Shown piece after piece: positions 54,831-64,000 of a stretch of 64,000 nucleotides of DNA. Under the pieces are notes generated by a model. The model was not told where the DNA came from, ran no database searches, and worked only from the letters and a program-made list of their open reading frames with translations. This DNA comes from an uncultured bacterium (GTDB lineage: Bacteria; Eisenbacteria; RBG-16-71-46; CAIMUX01), in the NCBI GenBank assembly GCA_964473865.1, contig CAYYQN010000004.1:74325-138324 (forward strand). Direction: 5' to 3'. The position numbers were made by a program, and so were the translations under genes. Each line of letters starts with the position of its first letter. The stretch's first letter is position 1.

Positions 54831-55053
54831 ACCGGCGATTCTCGCAGGCGCGCGGACACGGCGCCAGGAGAACCAGCCGGAGGAAGGGAACGCAATCCGC
54901 GGGATGGCGCCGCCCGCGCCTCGCCCAGGGGCGGTCGCGCCGGGCCGCGCCGGCTGGGCTTGACTTCGACTCCGCGGAGGCGCCGGTTCCGACCGCTGCG
55001 GAGCCGTCGCCGCCCGGCTGGCCACGGGCGGCCCCTCGTGTCACAATGCCGCC

Positions 55054-57060
55054 ATGCCGCGCCTTGGTCCGCTCCGCGTTTCCCGGTCCTGGCTGCCCGT
55101 CTTCCTCGTGGGCGGGCCGGTCCTGGTTCGCTTGCTCGCGTGGCTGCAACTGCGCGGGGACCCGTTCTTTCGCCTCCTGGTGGTGGACGCCCGAACCTAC
55201 CACGACGCCGCGGTCCAGATGGCGAACGCGACGTACCGCATGGAAGGCCCATTCTGGCAGCCGCCGTTCTACCCGTTCCTGATGAGCCTGGTCTACCGTT
55301 TGACCGGGCCGAACCCGGACGGGGTGCGTATCCTCCAGTGCCTGCTGGGTGGCGTCACCTGCTGGCTCGTCTTTCGCCTGGCGGACCGCCTGGGAGGGCG
55401 TCGCGCGGCCTGGATCGCGTGGGCGGCGGGGGCGCTCTGTGCGCCTCTCATCTTCTTCGATTTGCAGCTTCTGGGAGTCACCCTGGCGACGATGCTGCTC
55501 TTCGTGGCGGTTGACCGGGTCATGACGTGGGAGCCCGGGAGCAACGATCGGATCCTGTTCGCGGGCGGACTGGCGCTCGGCCTCGCCTGTGTCACGGTGG
55601 CGACCTGCCTCGTCGCGATCCCGGTGCTCGTGGGATGGTCGGCGCGTCGCCTGCGCCGGGCAGAGGCCGGCGTTTCGGTCGCGCTCTACTTCCTGGCCGC
55701 CTCCTTGATGCCGGTGGTGACGGTCACTGCCATCAACCTGGGTGCGAGCGGACAGCCGGTCCTGGTCTCCTGGAACGGCGGGCTGAACTTCTGGATCGGC
55801 AACAACCCCGACTATGACCGCACGGTTTCGATTCGACCGGGCCGCGCCTGGGTGGCTCTGAATGCCGAAGCCCGACTCGCGGGGGTGCAGAATGAATCGG
55901 CGGCCTCGGGCTGGTTCTTCCGTCGATCGCTCCGCTGGATTGGCGGGCATCCCGGGTCCTGGCTGGCGCTGATGGTTCGCAAGACGGGGCTCTTTCTGCG
56001 CGGGGACGAGATCGCGCGCAACCAGGAGATCTACCCGTTCCGGAAGAGCTCCCCGCTGCTCGGCGCGCTGCTCTGGATTCGCGGCCTCGCCTTTCCCTCC
56101 GGGATCCTGTTGCCGCTGGGATTGGCGGGAATGGCGACCCTGCTGTTCCGATCGGGGCGCCGAAGGGAATCGGCCCCGGACGGGGCCCATGACTCCGGGG
56201 GACTGCCGCGGGCCGCAGATCGTGACCCGGCGACCGGCGAGTCGGGCCCTGAGGCGGGGGGGCCCGGGTTCCGGGACAGCGAGGCCGGTTCGAGCGCCGG
56301 CGATCTCGCCTTGCTGGTCGGCGTCTACGCCTTGGCCGTGATCCTGTTCTTTCCGGCCTCCCGCTATCGTCTGCCGGTGCTGGCGCTCCTCCTTGTCTTC
56401 GGAGGCGTCGGTCTGTCGGTCTGGATGGACGCGGTGCGGCGCGGCTGGTTCGGGATGCTGCGGCTTCCCGGCGTCGTGCTGGCGGTCTTCCTGCTCCTGT
56501 CGAACCTGGGCCTGCCGGCGATGGCGACGACCTTCCAGAGCGACACCTACTCCGATATGGGCACCCTCTATTTCGAGCGGCAAGACTGGGAGGAAGCGAT
56601 TCTCTGGTATCGTCGGGCGCTCGATCTCGACCCGGACAACGCCGAGGCGGCGCACAACACCGGCGCCGCGCTGCTCTGGTTGCGGCGCCCCGACGAGGCG
56701 GAGCCGTACTTGCGCCGAGTGCTGGCCGCCTGGCCGAACGATCGGAAGGCCCTCCTCAACCTAGGGAACGTCTACCTCATGAAGGGGGAACCGTACCGGG
56801 CCGGGCGCTACTACCTGGAGGTGTACAAGGCCGATCCGGAGTTCCCCGACGCCGCGCGGAACTTCGATCTGGCCCGCGCGGAGGCGTCCCGGCTCGAGCA
56901 GGAGCGCATGGTCCGCGAGCCCGGTCCGTTTCTCGAGGAACTCGAGCGGCTGTATCGGGCGGAGCCGGGCAACGAGTTCCTGCGCGAGCGGCTTCGCGCC
57001 CTCCTGGCGGCGGTGGGCGAACCCGGCCGCGCTGCCAGATTGGCGGGCGGCCAGCCCTGA
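55054..57060 (+). CDS. GT-C family glycosyltransferase (GT39/PMT_2, ArnT-like) fused to C-terminal TPR repeats
   Basis: About 11 TM helices with a PMT_2-like N-region (DARTYHDAAVQMANATY...), then TPR units (WEEAILWYRRALDLDPDNAEAAHNTGAALLW...). Confidence 0.7.
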   Translation: MPRLGPLRVSRSWLPVFLVGGPVLVRLLAWLQLRGDPFFRLLVVDARTYHDAAVQMANATYRMEGPFWQPPFYPFLMSLVYRLTGPNPDGVRILQCLLGGVTCWLVFRLADRLGGRRAAWIAWAAGALCAPLIFFDLQLLGVTLATMLLFVAVDRVMTWEPGSNDRILFAGGLALGLACVTVATCLVAIPVLVGWSARRLRRAEAGVSVALYFLAASLMPVVTVTAINLGASGQPVLVSWNGGLNFWIGNNPDYDRTVSIRPGRAWVALNAEARLAGVQNESAASGWFFRRSLRWIGGHPGSWLALMVRKTGLFLRGDEIARNQEIYPFRKSSPLLGALLWIRGLAFPSGILLPLGLAGMATLLFRSGRRRESAPDGAHDSGGLPRAADRDPATGESGPEAGGPGFRDSEAGSSAGDLALLVGVYALAVILFFPASRYRLPVLALLLVFGGVGLSVWMDAVRRGWFGMLRLPGVVLAVFLLLSNLGLPAMATTFQSDTYSDMGTLYFERQDWEEAILWYRRALDLDPDNAEAAHNTGAALLWLRRPDEAEPYLRRVLAAWPNDRKALLNLGNVYLMKGEPYRAGRYYLEVYKADPEFPDAARNFDLARAEASRLEQERMVREPGPFLEELERLYRAEPGNEFLRERLRALLAAVGEPGRAARLAGGQP

Positions 57061-57148
57061 ACGGGCGATCCTCCGCGAGCGAGGCCCGAATCACGCCGGG
57101 AGCGCGCGGGACCGGGGCCGGCAGGCTCCGGGCTCGGCCCGGGGGGGA

Positions 57149-58147
57149 TCAGGGTGTTCCGGCGGTTGCGGGACGGCGACGAAGCCCCCAGCGCAGGGGC
57201 CGGATCAGTCGCACCAAGACGATCGCCACCACGATGCGCGGCACGATGATCCAGAACATCGATGCGCCGACGGCCGCAAGCAGGATTGTATCCTCGAACA
57301 CGGAGTGGCTGATCCCGATCGAGGTCTGCAACGCGCGCACATCCTTCTCCTCGATGGCCCGGATCTTCATCTCCTCGATGAGCAATCCTCCGCCGAAGGT
57401 CACGCCGAGAATCTGGGCCATCAGCCAGGGAAAGGCGACGGTCCGGCTCAGGCCCAGGATGTACAACAGCGGACGTACGCCCTGCTCGAGCCGTTCCAGG
57501 TGGCCGCGAGACCGAATCCATTCGGTGCCGATCATCATGGCCGAGACCACGAGGATGATCTTCGCCATCAACCGGAACGCCTCCCAGGTCCAGCCGGCGA
57601 GGAATTGCCCCAGTCCTCCCGACGCCGGGACGGCCGTGTTCGCCGTGGACGGGACGACGCGCAGCCACAGGGCGGGGAGACCGTGTGACTGCAGCGCCTG
57701 CAAGGACCAGGACACCAGGATCCCGACGAGCAACGAGGCGCCCAGGCGCACCAGGAGGATCCACCACCAGGGTGTTCCGGTGCGGTCCTGTACTGCGGTC
57801 TCGATGATCAGGTTGTGGGCCACCAGGGCCATGGCGCCCAGCACCGTCACCGCCATCGGGTCCAGAGGAATCATCGCCATCGCGCCCAGGAGGGCGTAGA
57901 TGCCGGCGAGCAGGCCGGTGACCAGGGGAACCGCCGCCTCGCCCGGCAGGTGCACGACCGCCATTACGGGAGCGAGGGTCTTTCCGATTGCCTCCAGCGC
58001 GCCGGACCACCGGAGCATCCCGACCCCGAGCGAGATCGGAAGCATCAATTTGCAGAGCAGCAGGATGGTCCGTCCCGCCCGGGGCATCGCGCGGCCCAGG
58101 ACGGTGTCCGGTCCGCAGGCGCGTTCTCGAATGGAAGATCGGGTCAT
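57149..58147 (-). CDS. Nucleoside-recognition (Gate) domain membrane protein (SpmA/SpmB / FeoB-gate-like)
   Basis: Polytopic membrane protein with two Gate-domain-like halves. Start at MTRSSIRE. Confidence 0.6.
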   Translation of the reverse strand: MTRSSIRERACGPDTVLGRAMPRAGRTILLLCKLMLPISLGVGMLRWSGALEAIGKTLAPVMAVVHLPGEAAVPLVTGLLAGIYALLGAMAMIPLDPMAVTVLGAMALVAHNLIIETAVQDRTGTPWWWILLVRLGASLLVGILVSWSLQALQSHGLPALWLRVVPSTANTAVPASGGLGQFLAGWTWEAFRLMAKIILVVSAMMIGTEWIRSRGHLERLEQGVRPLLYILGLSRTVAFPWLMAQILGVTFGGGLLIEEMKIRAIEEKDVRALQTSIGISHSVFEDTILLAAVGASMFWIIVPRIVVAIVLVRLIRPLRWGLRRRPATAGTP

Positions 58148-58433
58148 GGGCGCAGAGTAGCATGGGCGGACCCGGCGACACCCGAACATCGGGTTCCGGT
58201 GTGCGGCGCGGCCGACGCGGCGATCCCGGGTCCGGCCGGCGGAGCCGCGGAAGCCTCCGTTCTTGTGGGTCCACGCGGCGGCCGGTGCCGGTGCCGCGGT
58301 CCGGTTCAGCGGAATCCGGGAATCCTCCCTTGTGGCCGGCCCCGCCCTCAGGTATCAAGAACAGCGGCCACGGGGCCGGTTGGATCGCGCGGCGCGTCCG
58401 ACGCGTCCGGGCCGGGGCGCACACGGAGGAAAC

Positions 58434-59345
58434 ATGCCCGACACCCTCGTCATACGCGGAGTCTCCAAGTCCTTCGGGGATCTGCGGGCGGTCGAATCGC
58501 TCGACCTCACGGTGGAGACCGGCTCGGTCTGCGGACTGCTCGGCCCCAACGGGGCGGGGAAGAGCACTACCATCCGCATGATCATGGACATCATCAAGCC
58601 CGACACCGGGACCGTCAGCCTGCTCGGCGAAACCGACCCGGATCGGCGCCGCGACCGGATCGGCTACCTGCCCGAGGAGCGTGGTCTCTATCGCAAGATG
58701 AAGGTTCGGGAGCTGCTCACGTATTTCGGCGCCCTCCACGGCATGGAGCCGCGCCTCGCCCGCGAGCGCGCCGCCCATTGGCTGGGGCGAATGGAGCTTG
58801 GCCAGTGGGGTGAGGCCAAGGTCGAGGCGCTGTCCAAGGGGATGCAGCAGAAGGTGCAGCTCGTGGCCACGATCCTGCACGAGCCGGAGGCGGTCATCCT
58901 GGACGAGCCGTTCGCGGGCCTGGACCCGGTGAACGTCGACCTCGTGAAACAGATTCTGCTCGACCTGCGGAATCGGGGGGTGACCCTGCTCCTCTCGACC
59001 CATCAGATGGAAATGGTCGAGAGGCTGTGCGATTCCATCTGTCTCATCCACCATGGCAAGAAGGTGCTCGACGGGTCGCTCTCGAAGGTCAAAGCGGATC
59101 GTGGCCAGCGGGCCATCCAGATGGAGTACGACGGCCGGCCGTCCTTCCATCGGGATACGTCGCTGGTGGCGCGGGCCGAAGACTCGGGGCGGTATCTCGA
59201 GATCCTGCCCGCTCCCGGCATCGATCCCCAGCGAATCCTGGAGGTGGCGCTGAAGGAGGTCCGCATCACGCGGTTCGAGGTGATGGAGCCGTCGCTGCAT
59301 CAGATCTTCGTCGAGACCGTGCGCGCGCGCGGCGAGGAGGCTTGA
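58434..59345 (+). CDS. ABC transporter ATP-binding protein (NatA-like, ABC-2 subfamily)
   Basis: Walker A GPNGAGKST, signature LSKGMQQK, Walker B AVILDEPFAGLD, H-loop. ACGGAGGAAAC SD before ATG 58434. Confidence 0.9.
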   Translation: MPDTLVIRGVSKSFGDLRAVESLDLTVETGSVCGLLGPNGAGKSTTIRMIMDIIKPDTGTVSLLGETDPDRRRDRIGYLPEERGLYRKMKVRELLTYFGALHGMEPRLARERAAHWLGRMELGQWGEAKVEALSKGMQQKVQLVATILHEPEAVILDEPFAGLDPVNVDLVKQILLDLRNRGVTLLLSTHQMEMVERLCDSICLIHHGKKVLDGSLSKVKADRGQRAIQMEYDGRPSFHRDTSLVARAEDSGRYLEILPAPGIDPQRILEVALKEVRITRFEVMEPSLHQIFVETVRARGEEA

Positions 59346-59347
59346 AC

Positions 59348-60622
59348 ATGGGCCGGATCTGGGTCGTCGTCCGCCAGGAATACCTGATGAAGGTGCGGAC
59401 GCGGGCGTTTCTGTTCGGGACCTTCGTCGTGCCGCTGCTCTTTGCCGCCATGGGGGTGCTTCCGGCCTACTTCATGAGCAAGAGCGTGGAGCAGCCGGGG
59501 ACCTATGCCGTGGTCGACGAGAGCGGAGTCCTCCTGGAACCGCTGATTCGAGCGCTCGACGACAGCACCAAGACCGGGGAGCGGCTCTTCACCCTGGTGG
59601 CGGAGCCCACTCTGGGGCGCACGCGCGAGGCGCTGGAGCGCGAGCTGGGCACCCGGGTCGCGGCCGGCGAGCTCGCCGGATTCCTCCTCGTGCCCGCCAA
59701 TGCCGTCGAGGATGGCGAGGTTGCATTCGGGGCCACCAGCGTTTCGGACTTCCAGCGCAACGAAAAGATCCACGCCTCGGTCAACGAGGCGGTGCGCGAG
59801 GTGCGCGTTTCCCGCACCCGGCTCGACCCGGTCGAGGTGAAGGCGGTGTTGAAGACCGTTCCCTTCTCCACCTTCAAGGTGGGAGAGAGGGGCGAGGTGA
59901 AGAAGGACTCCGGAACCACCTTCATGGTGGCCTACGCCATCGGGATCTGCCTCTACATGGTGCTGGCCATCTACGGAGGCATGATGTTGCGGGCCGCCCT
60001 GGAGGAGAAGACCTCCCGCTCCGCCGAGGTGATGGTGGCGACCATTCGCGCCTCGACCTTGATGGCGGGGAAGATCATCGGGATCGGCCTGGTCGGTCTG
60101 ACCCAGGTCGCGATCTGGGCGTTCGTCGTGGTTCTCTTCTCTTCCGGTTCGGCTTCGTTCCTCTCCCCGGCGGCCCGGGAGGTCATCGGGGAGATCGGAT
60201 TCACCCCCGTGATGGGGCTATTCTTCGCCGTCTACTTCATTCTCGGATTCCTCTTCTATGCCGCCTTGTTCGGCGCCGTGGGCGCCATGGTGAGCAGCGA
60301 GTCGGAGGCGCAGCAGGCCCAGTGGCCGGTAATGGTGCCGCTGTTCATCTCCTTCATGTTCATGTTCATGGCGCTGCGTGACCCGAACGCGCCTCTGGTG
60401 CGGGTCATTTCCCTGATTCCCTTCTTCTCTCCGATCATGATGGCGGTGCGCATCTGCGTGGTGACCCCGCCGTGGTGGGAGATCGCGCTGTCCCTGATCC
60501 TGCTGCTCGCCTTCATCTGGTGCTCCATGTGGATCGCGGGGCGGATCTTCCGGGTCGGGCTTCTCATGTACGGCAAGAGGCCGACGCTGCCGGAACTGGT
60601 GAAGTGGGTCCGCTTCGGTTAA
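59348..60622 (+). CDS. ABC-2 family transporter permease (NatB-like; TM1, large extracytoplasmic loop, 5 TMs)
   Basis: Starts 3 nt after the ATPase stop. Topology and ABC2_membrane_3-like C-terminal bundle. Confidence 0.8.
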   Translation: MGRIWVVVRQEYLMKVRTRAFLFGTFVVPLLFAAMGVLPAYFMSKSVEQPGTYAVVDESGVLLEPLIRALDDSTKTGERLFTLVAEPTLGRTREALERELGTRVAAGELAGFLLVPANAVEDGEVAFGATSVSDFQRNEKIHASVNEAVREVRVSRTRLDPVEVKAVLKTVPFSTFKVGERGEVKKDSGTTFMVAYAIGICLYMVLAIYGGMMLRAALEEKTSRSAEVMVATIRASTLMAGKIIGIGLVGLTQVAIWAFVVVLFSSGSASFLSPAAREVIGEIGFTPVMGLFFAVYFILGFLFYAALFGAVGAMVSSESEAQQAQWPVMVPLFISFMFMFMALRDPNAPLVRVISLIPFFSPIMMAVRICVVTPPWWEIALSLILLLAFIWCSMWIAGRIFRVGLLMYGKRPTLPELVKWVRFG

Positions 60623-60717
60623 GCGGAGCGGGGCGGCCGGCGCGGGGCCCCCTGCTGGCCTCTCTCATCCTGCTGGCCGGGGTGGTGGTATTCTGTGCCG
60701 CCACCCGCTGGGGACGG

Positions 60718-62772
60718 ATGTATCCCAAGATGGTGGTGAGCTCGTGGCGGGTCTGGTCCCACGGGCACCGGCTCGCCGCCGCGGACCGCCGCCTCCGCTT
60801 CTACGACGAGACCTATCCGATTCTTCTCCAGCTGAAGGATTCGATCCCGCCGCAGTCGGTGGTGATCCTCCCGCCGCGCGGTTTCGTGAAGGCCCAGGTG
60901 GCCACGCGCCGGCCGCCGGGCGAGGACCTGGTGCCGCTGCTGGGCTGCGCCTCCTCCGCCTATGGGGTGATCTACCCCCGCATTCCAGTCCCCTTCGATG
61001 ACGACTCGCCCTGGAAGAAGGACGCGACCCACCTTCTGGCCTGGGACTGGTGGGGGCTCGACCTGATCGATGCGACCATCCCGCGCACGGAGGAGAACCG
61101 GGTGCGGCTCTTCGAGGCGCCCGGTGACGCCGGGGTCGCACCGCCGCCGCTGCCGCGCATCTGGCGGCTGCCGGCAGACGACCACTCCGGGCCGGACCGC
61201 TGGATCACGCCGGGACTGCTGCTGGGCCTGTTGGTGCTCTGGGCGCTGGGGGATGGAACCTACCGACTCCTGGGCCGGGTGCGCCTGCGCCCGCCGGCGC
61301 CGGCGTCGGCCGAAGGCCTGGCCTGGCGCATGCTCCTGGCCCCGGCGATCGTACCGTGGATCGTGGTCTTGTACGACCTGGCGGGAGTCCCGTTCACGCG
61401 CGTGTCGATGGTCGTGGCGGCGGCGGCGTTGCTGGCCGCGGGTCTCGCGGTGACGCCGCCTGCGCGCTGGGCCGCCCGGCGGAGATCTGGAAGCGTCGCA
61501 CGCGCCGCGCCGTCGCGACCGGTCGAGAACCCGGACGCGGCTGTCTCCGTCGACCGATCGTCCGAGTCGGCTCTCCCCGCTCCCGCGGCGGCGGTTCGCG
61601 CCTCCGGATCGGGTTCCATCCTCGGCTCTCCGGCGGCCCTCGTCCTGGGGTTGGCCGCCGGGTCCATCGTCCTCCTCGGCCTCGTGCAGCTTGCGATCCT
61701 CCCGGAGCGGAACTACGACGCCCTGGTCGGCTACGACCTGGTGGGGAAGATCCTGGCCGCCGAGGGCAGGCTCCGGTCGTCGATCTTCGACCGGATTGTG
61801 TACAACCCCCAGGCCGTGTACCCTCCGTTTACCTCCGCGAACAACGGATACGGTTACCTCTTCCACGAGGCGGTGCCGCACCTGTGGGTGTCGTGGCTGG
61901 TGGGAGCATTTCTCCTGGCGTTCGCGCTCTGGGTCCGACGGCGGACCGGCTCGGGCACGCTCGCGGCGCTGGCCGCCTTCCTCGTTCTGCTGCCGCAGGC
62001 GCTCTTGACGCAAGGGACGACCGAGGCCCGGCCCGACCTGCCGAGCATGGTCTACACCGTGTTTGCCGCGCTGGCCATCATCGACCTGAGAGGCCGGCGC
62101 GGCGGCTATGGCCCACCTGCGATGCTGCTCTTGGTGGCGGCCACGGCGCGCACCGAGAACGTTGTCTTCGGCGTGGCGCTGGCGATCGCCTGTCTCCTGG
62201 TGCGTCCGGTCCCCCCCGCGCGCGGTAGAGCGGCCTGGATGGTGGCGGCCCCGCTGGCGTTCTTTCTCTTCTGGAATCTCTTCTTCGTGAAGAGCCTGAT
62301 CGGCTATGACCCGGCGGCGCACTTTCGCCCGCTCGACTTCGCGCCGGAGCGGATCGCGGAAATCGTGGGACGGGCCTTTTCCATCATCGCCTGGCCGCAA
62401 GTCTTCGGCGAGTTCATCGTCGTGGTGGTGGCGGCTCCCGTGGGCTGGCTCGGGTGGCGATTCGCGAGACGGCGCGGGCCATCGTTCGTCTCCGCCGCGA
62501 CTCGCCGGGCCCGCGGCGCGGCCGATCCGGCCGAGGATCTTCCCGGGATGCTGCTGCTTCTGGCGGGACTCATGTTCGTCTGCTATCTCCCGTTCTTCTA
62601 TACTTGGGATCCGGAGTTGAACCCGCTGTGGAGCATGCGCGATACTTTCAAGCGCGGCTTCTTCCGGTTCATACCCCTGCTGCTGGTCGCCCTCCTGGCG
62701 CTGCCGCCAGTCGCAGAGTGGTTGCATCGTTGTGACGGCCGGGCGAGCGCGGATACGCCGCGCCCCCAGTAG
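60718..62772 (+). CDS. Large polytopic membrane protein of unknown function (about 685 aa), downstream of the ABC-2 transporter pair
   Basis: GC3-rich frame, many hydrophobic helices, no recognisable catalytic motif. Start uncertain: a hydrophobic stretch LLASLILLAGVVVF lies upstream of ATG 60718, so a GTG/CTG start near 60650 is possible. Confidence 0.5.
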   Translation: MYPKMVVSSWRVWSHGHRLAAADRRLRFYDETYPILLQLKDSIPPQSVVILPPRGFVKAQVATRRPPGEDLVPLLGCASSAYGVIYPRIPVPFDDDSPWKKDATHLLAWDWWGLDLIDATIPRTEENRVRLFEAPGDAGVAPPPLPRIWRLPADDHSGPDRWITPGLLLGLLVLWALGDGTYRLLGRVRLRPPAPASAEGLAWRMLLAPAIVPWIVVLYDLAGVPFTRVSMVVAAAALLAAGLAVTPPARWAARRRSGSVARAAPSRPVENPDAAVSVDRSSESALPAPAAAVRASGSGSILGSPAALVLGLAAGSIVLLGLVQLAILPERNYDALVGYDLVGKILAAEGRLRSSIFDRIVYNPQAVYPPFTSANNGYGYLFHEAVPHLWVSWLVGAFLLAFALWVRRRTGSGTLAALAAFLVLLPQALLTQGTTEARPDLPSMVYTVFAALAIIDLRGRRGGYGPPAMLLLVAATARTENVVFGVALAIACLLVRPVPPARGRAAWMVAAPLAFFLFWNLFFVKSLIGYDPAAHFRPLDFAPERIAEIVGRAFSIIAWPQVFGEFIVVVVAAPVGWLGWRFARRRGPSFVSAATRRARGAADPAEDLPGMLLLLAGLMFVCYLPFFYTWDPELNPLWSMRDTFKRGFFRFIPLLLVALLALPPVAEWLHRCDGRASADTPRPQ

Positions 62773-62997
62773 GGTGCCGCCGGAGCCGGTCGCCCGCACG
62801 GCTGGTCGGCCGAGGGGTTCGGGCGGCGATCGGTCGGCTGCCTCGTTGTGCCCGATCGACGATGCGCCTGGGCATTGACTTCGTCCTCGCGCCTCGCCGC
62901 CGGCCGATCGGCGCTCCGGCCCGGGCGGTCGGGGTCTTTCGGCGTCCTGCTCGGGATGGCCCCGCCCGATGGGCGGCGGCCTCGGGAGGGAAAGAAG

Positions 62998-63582
62998 ATG
63001 TTTCGCGATCTTGTGCTCCGCAACCGGAGCTATCGGCGGTTTCGCGAGGAGCGCCCGGTCCGGCTCACCGAGTTGCGAGAGTGGGTGGATCTGGCGAGAT
63101 ACTGCGCGTCGGGCGCAAACCTGCAGCCGCTGCGCTACGTCCTGGTGGCTGATCGAGAAGTGAATGACCGGGTCTTCCCGTGCCTCTCCTGGGCGGGATA
63201 CCTGCCCGACTGGCACGGTCCGCAACCCGGGGAGCGTCCCGCCGCCTATGTCGTGATTCTCCACGACCCCGCGGTGAAGGAGAGTGGCCCCGGACACGAC
63301 GCGGGCATCGCCGCGCAGACGATTCTGCTCGCGGCGGCCGAGCGAGGCCTCGGTGGCTGCATGATCGGCTCCATCGATCGCGACCGGCTCCGGAGGGAGC
63401 TTGCCATTGACCCGAACCTCGACATCGTCCTGGTGCTGGCGCTCGGAGAGCCGGTGGAGAGAGTAGTCATCGAGGACTTGAACGGCGACGGGGACATCCG
63501 CTACTGGCGAGATGAGTCGGGCCTGCACCACGTGCCCAAGCGGACGCTCAGCCGGCTGGTGGCGGGCGAGTTCGGAGATTGA
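62998..63582 (+). CDS. Nitroreductase-family protein (FMN-dependent NAD(P)H nitroreductase fold)
   Basis: MFRDLVLRNRSYRRF..., RYCASGANLQPLRYVLV, GGCMIGS motifs. GGGAGGGAAAGAAG SD. Confidence 0.8.
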   Translation: MFRDLVLRNRSYRRFREERPVRLTELREWVDLARYCASGANLQPLRYVLVADREVNDRVFPCLSWAGYLPDWHGPQPGERPAAYVVILHDPAVKESGPGHDAGIAAQTILLAAAERGLGGCMIGSIDRDRLRRELAIDPNLDIVLVLALGEPVERVVIEDLNGDGDIRYWRDESGLHHVPKRTLSRLVAGEFGD

Positions 63583-63595
63583 CTGTCGCGGGCCG

Positions 63596-64000
63596 TTACC
63601 CGCTCGCCGGATCGTCGGGGCGAGCCAATGTGCCCTTCTTCTCATACTCCGCGAAGAGCCGCCCCCAGGTCGTCTCTCGCTTCCAACGCGCGAAGACCCG
63701 ACGGTCCTTTACCGGCCAGCGGAAGTAATCGTGATAGCTCTCGGATCCGAGGATGAAGACGTTGACCAGCGGGGTGCGGAAGAAGAAGTTCTGGATCGTC
63801 TTCAGGGGGCTGAACCAGAGGAGATCGCCCACCCGCGAGGCGAGGTTGTCGCCGACCTTGAAGCCCCACGACTCGCCCGAGATGTCGTCCCCGACGATCT
63901 CGATGTCACGCGGATCGCCGACGCCGAGACGGTCCTCGTGCGCCTTGCCGATGTACTCGATCGACAGCGGGTCGAACCCCATCATCTTCGCCGCGATCGC
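63596..64000 (-). CDS. Hypothetical protein, C-terminal portion; the gene continues beyond the window end
   Basis: Open frame with GC3 bias running off the window. No family confidently recognised. Confidence 0.4.
   Translation of the reverse strand, partial: AIAAKMMGFDPLSIEYIGKAHEDRLGVGDPRDIEIVGDDISGESWGFKVGDNLASRVGDLLWFSPLKTIQNFFFRTPLVNVFILGSESYHDYFRWPVKDRRVFARWKRETTWGRLFAEYEKKGTLARPDDPASG

Noticed and set aside
54370-59300. Long minus-strand ORFs (54370-56655, 56811-59300) opposite the GT39/TPR and ABC transporter genes
   Set aside because: Antisense artefacts. The plus-strand frames contain Walker A/B and ABC signature, TPR and PMT-like motifs.
60619-63645. 1008-aa minus-strand ORF opposite the membrane protein and nitroreductase genes
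   Set aside because: Antisense low-complexity ORF. The nitroreductase and membrane-protein frames are supported by motifs and SD sites.

Overview
64 kb chromosomal window from a very GC-rich (about 70 % GC) bacterium, almost entirely coding, with no obvious mobile elements or CRISPR. Many long antisense ORFs in the six-frame track are GC artefacts and were rejected in favour of frames with recognisable protein families. In window order: the C-terminus of a GspE/PilB-type secretion ATPase; a minus-strand colinear peptidase run (Tat-signal TldD, PmbA/TldE, M24 aminopeptidase, DUF5916/CBM9-like protein); a P-loop NTPase; a TIGR03790-like lipoprotein; a tiny acidic zinc-ribbon protein; HrpB helicase; a UbiE-family methyltransferase; a translationally coupled acpS / secreted hypothetical / GT4 trio; an HU protein with a Lys-rich tail; a 1757-aa gingipain-like C25 peptidase fused to FG-GAP repeats; a tRNA-Gln / ORFan / tRNA-Glu sandwich; a beta-CASP ribonuclease; an 849-aa secreted protein built from ten 6-Cys repeats; TrmH; rubrerythrin; phosphoglucomutase; an ECF sigma/anti-sigma pair directly downstream of a reprolysin-like metzincin; a class-V aminotransferase; CopA; FabH; an M4/M36-like metallopeptidase; an NCS2 purine permease; a radical-SAM activase-like protein; a TM+TPR Ser/Thr kinase with a repeat-expanded activation loop and a coupled small ORF; SPFH and RHH proteins; a class I/II aminotransferase; a GT39+TPR protein; a NatAB-like ABC transporter plus a large membrane protein; and a nitroreductase. 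The most notable pattern is three large secreted peptidases (C25, M12B-like, M4/M36-like) that share a C-terminal FlgD-Ig/T9SS-like sorting domain, alongside the unusual Cys-repeat protein with a distinct conserved-looking C-terminal tail. This points to a dedicated cell-surface sorting or secretion cargo set in a probable FCB-group organism; that lineage call is an inference. Several short tandem repeats sit in intergenic or in-frame positions.
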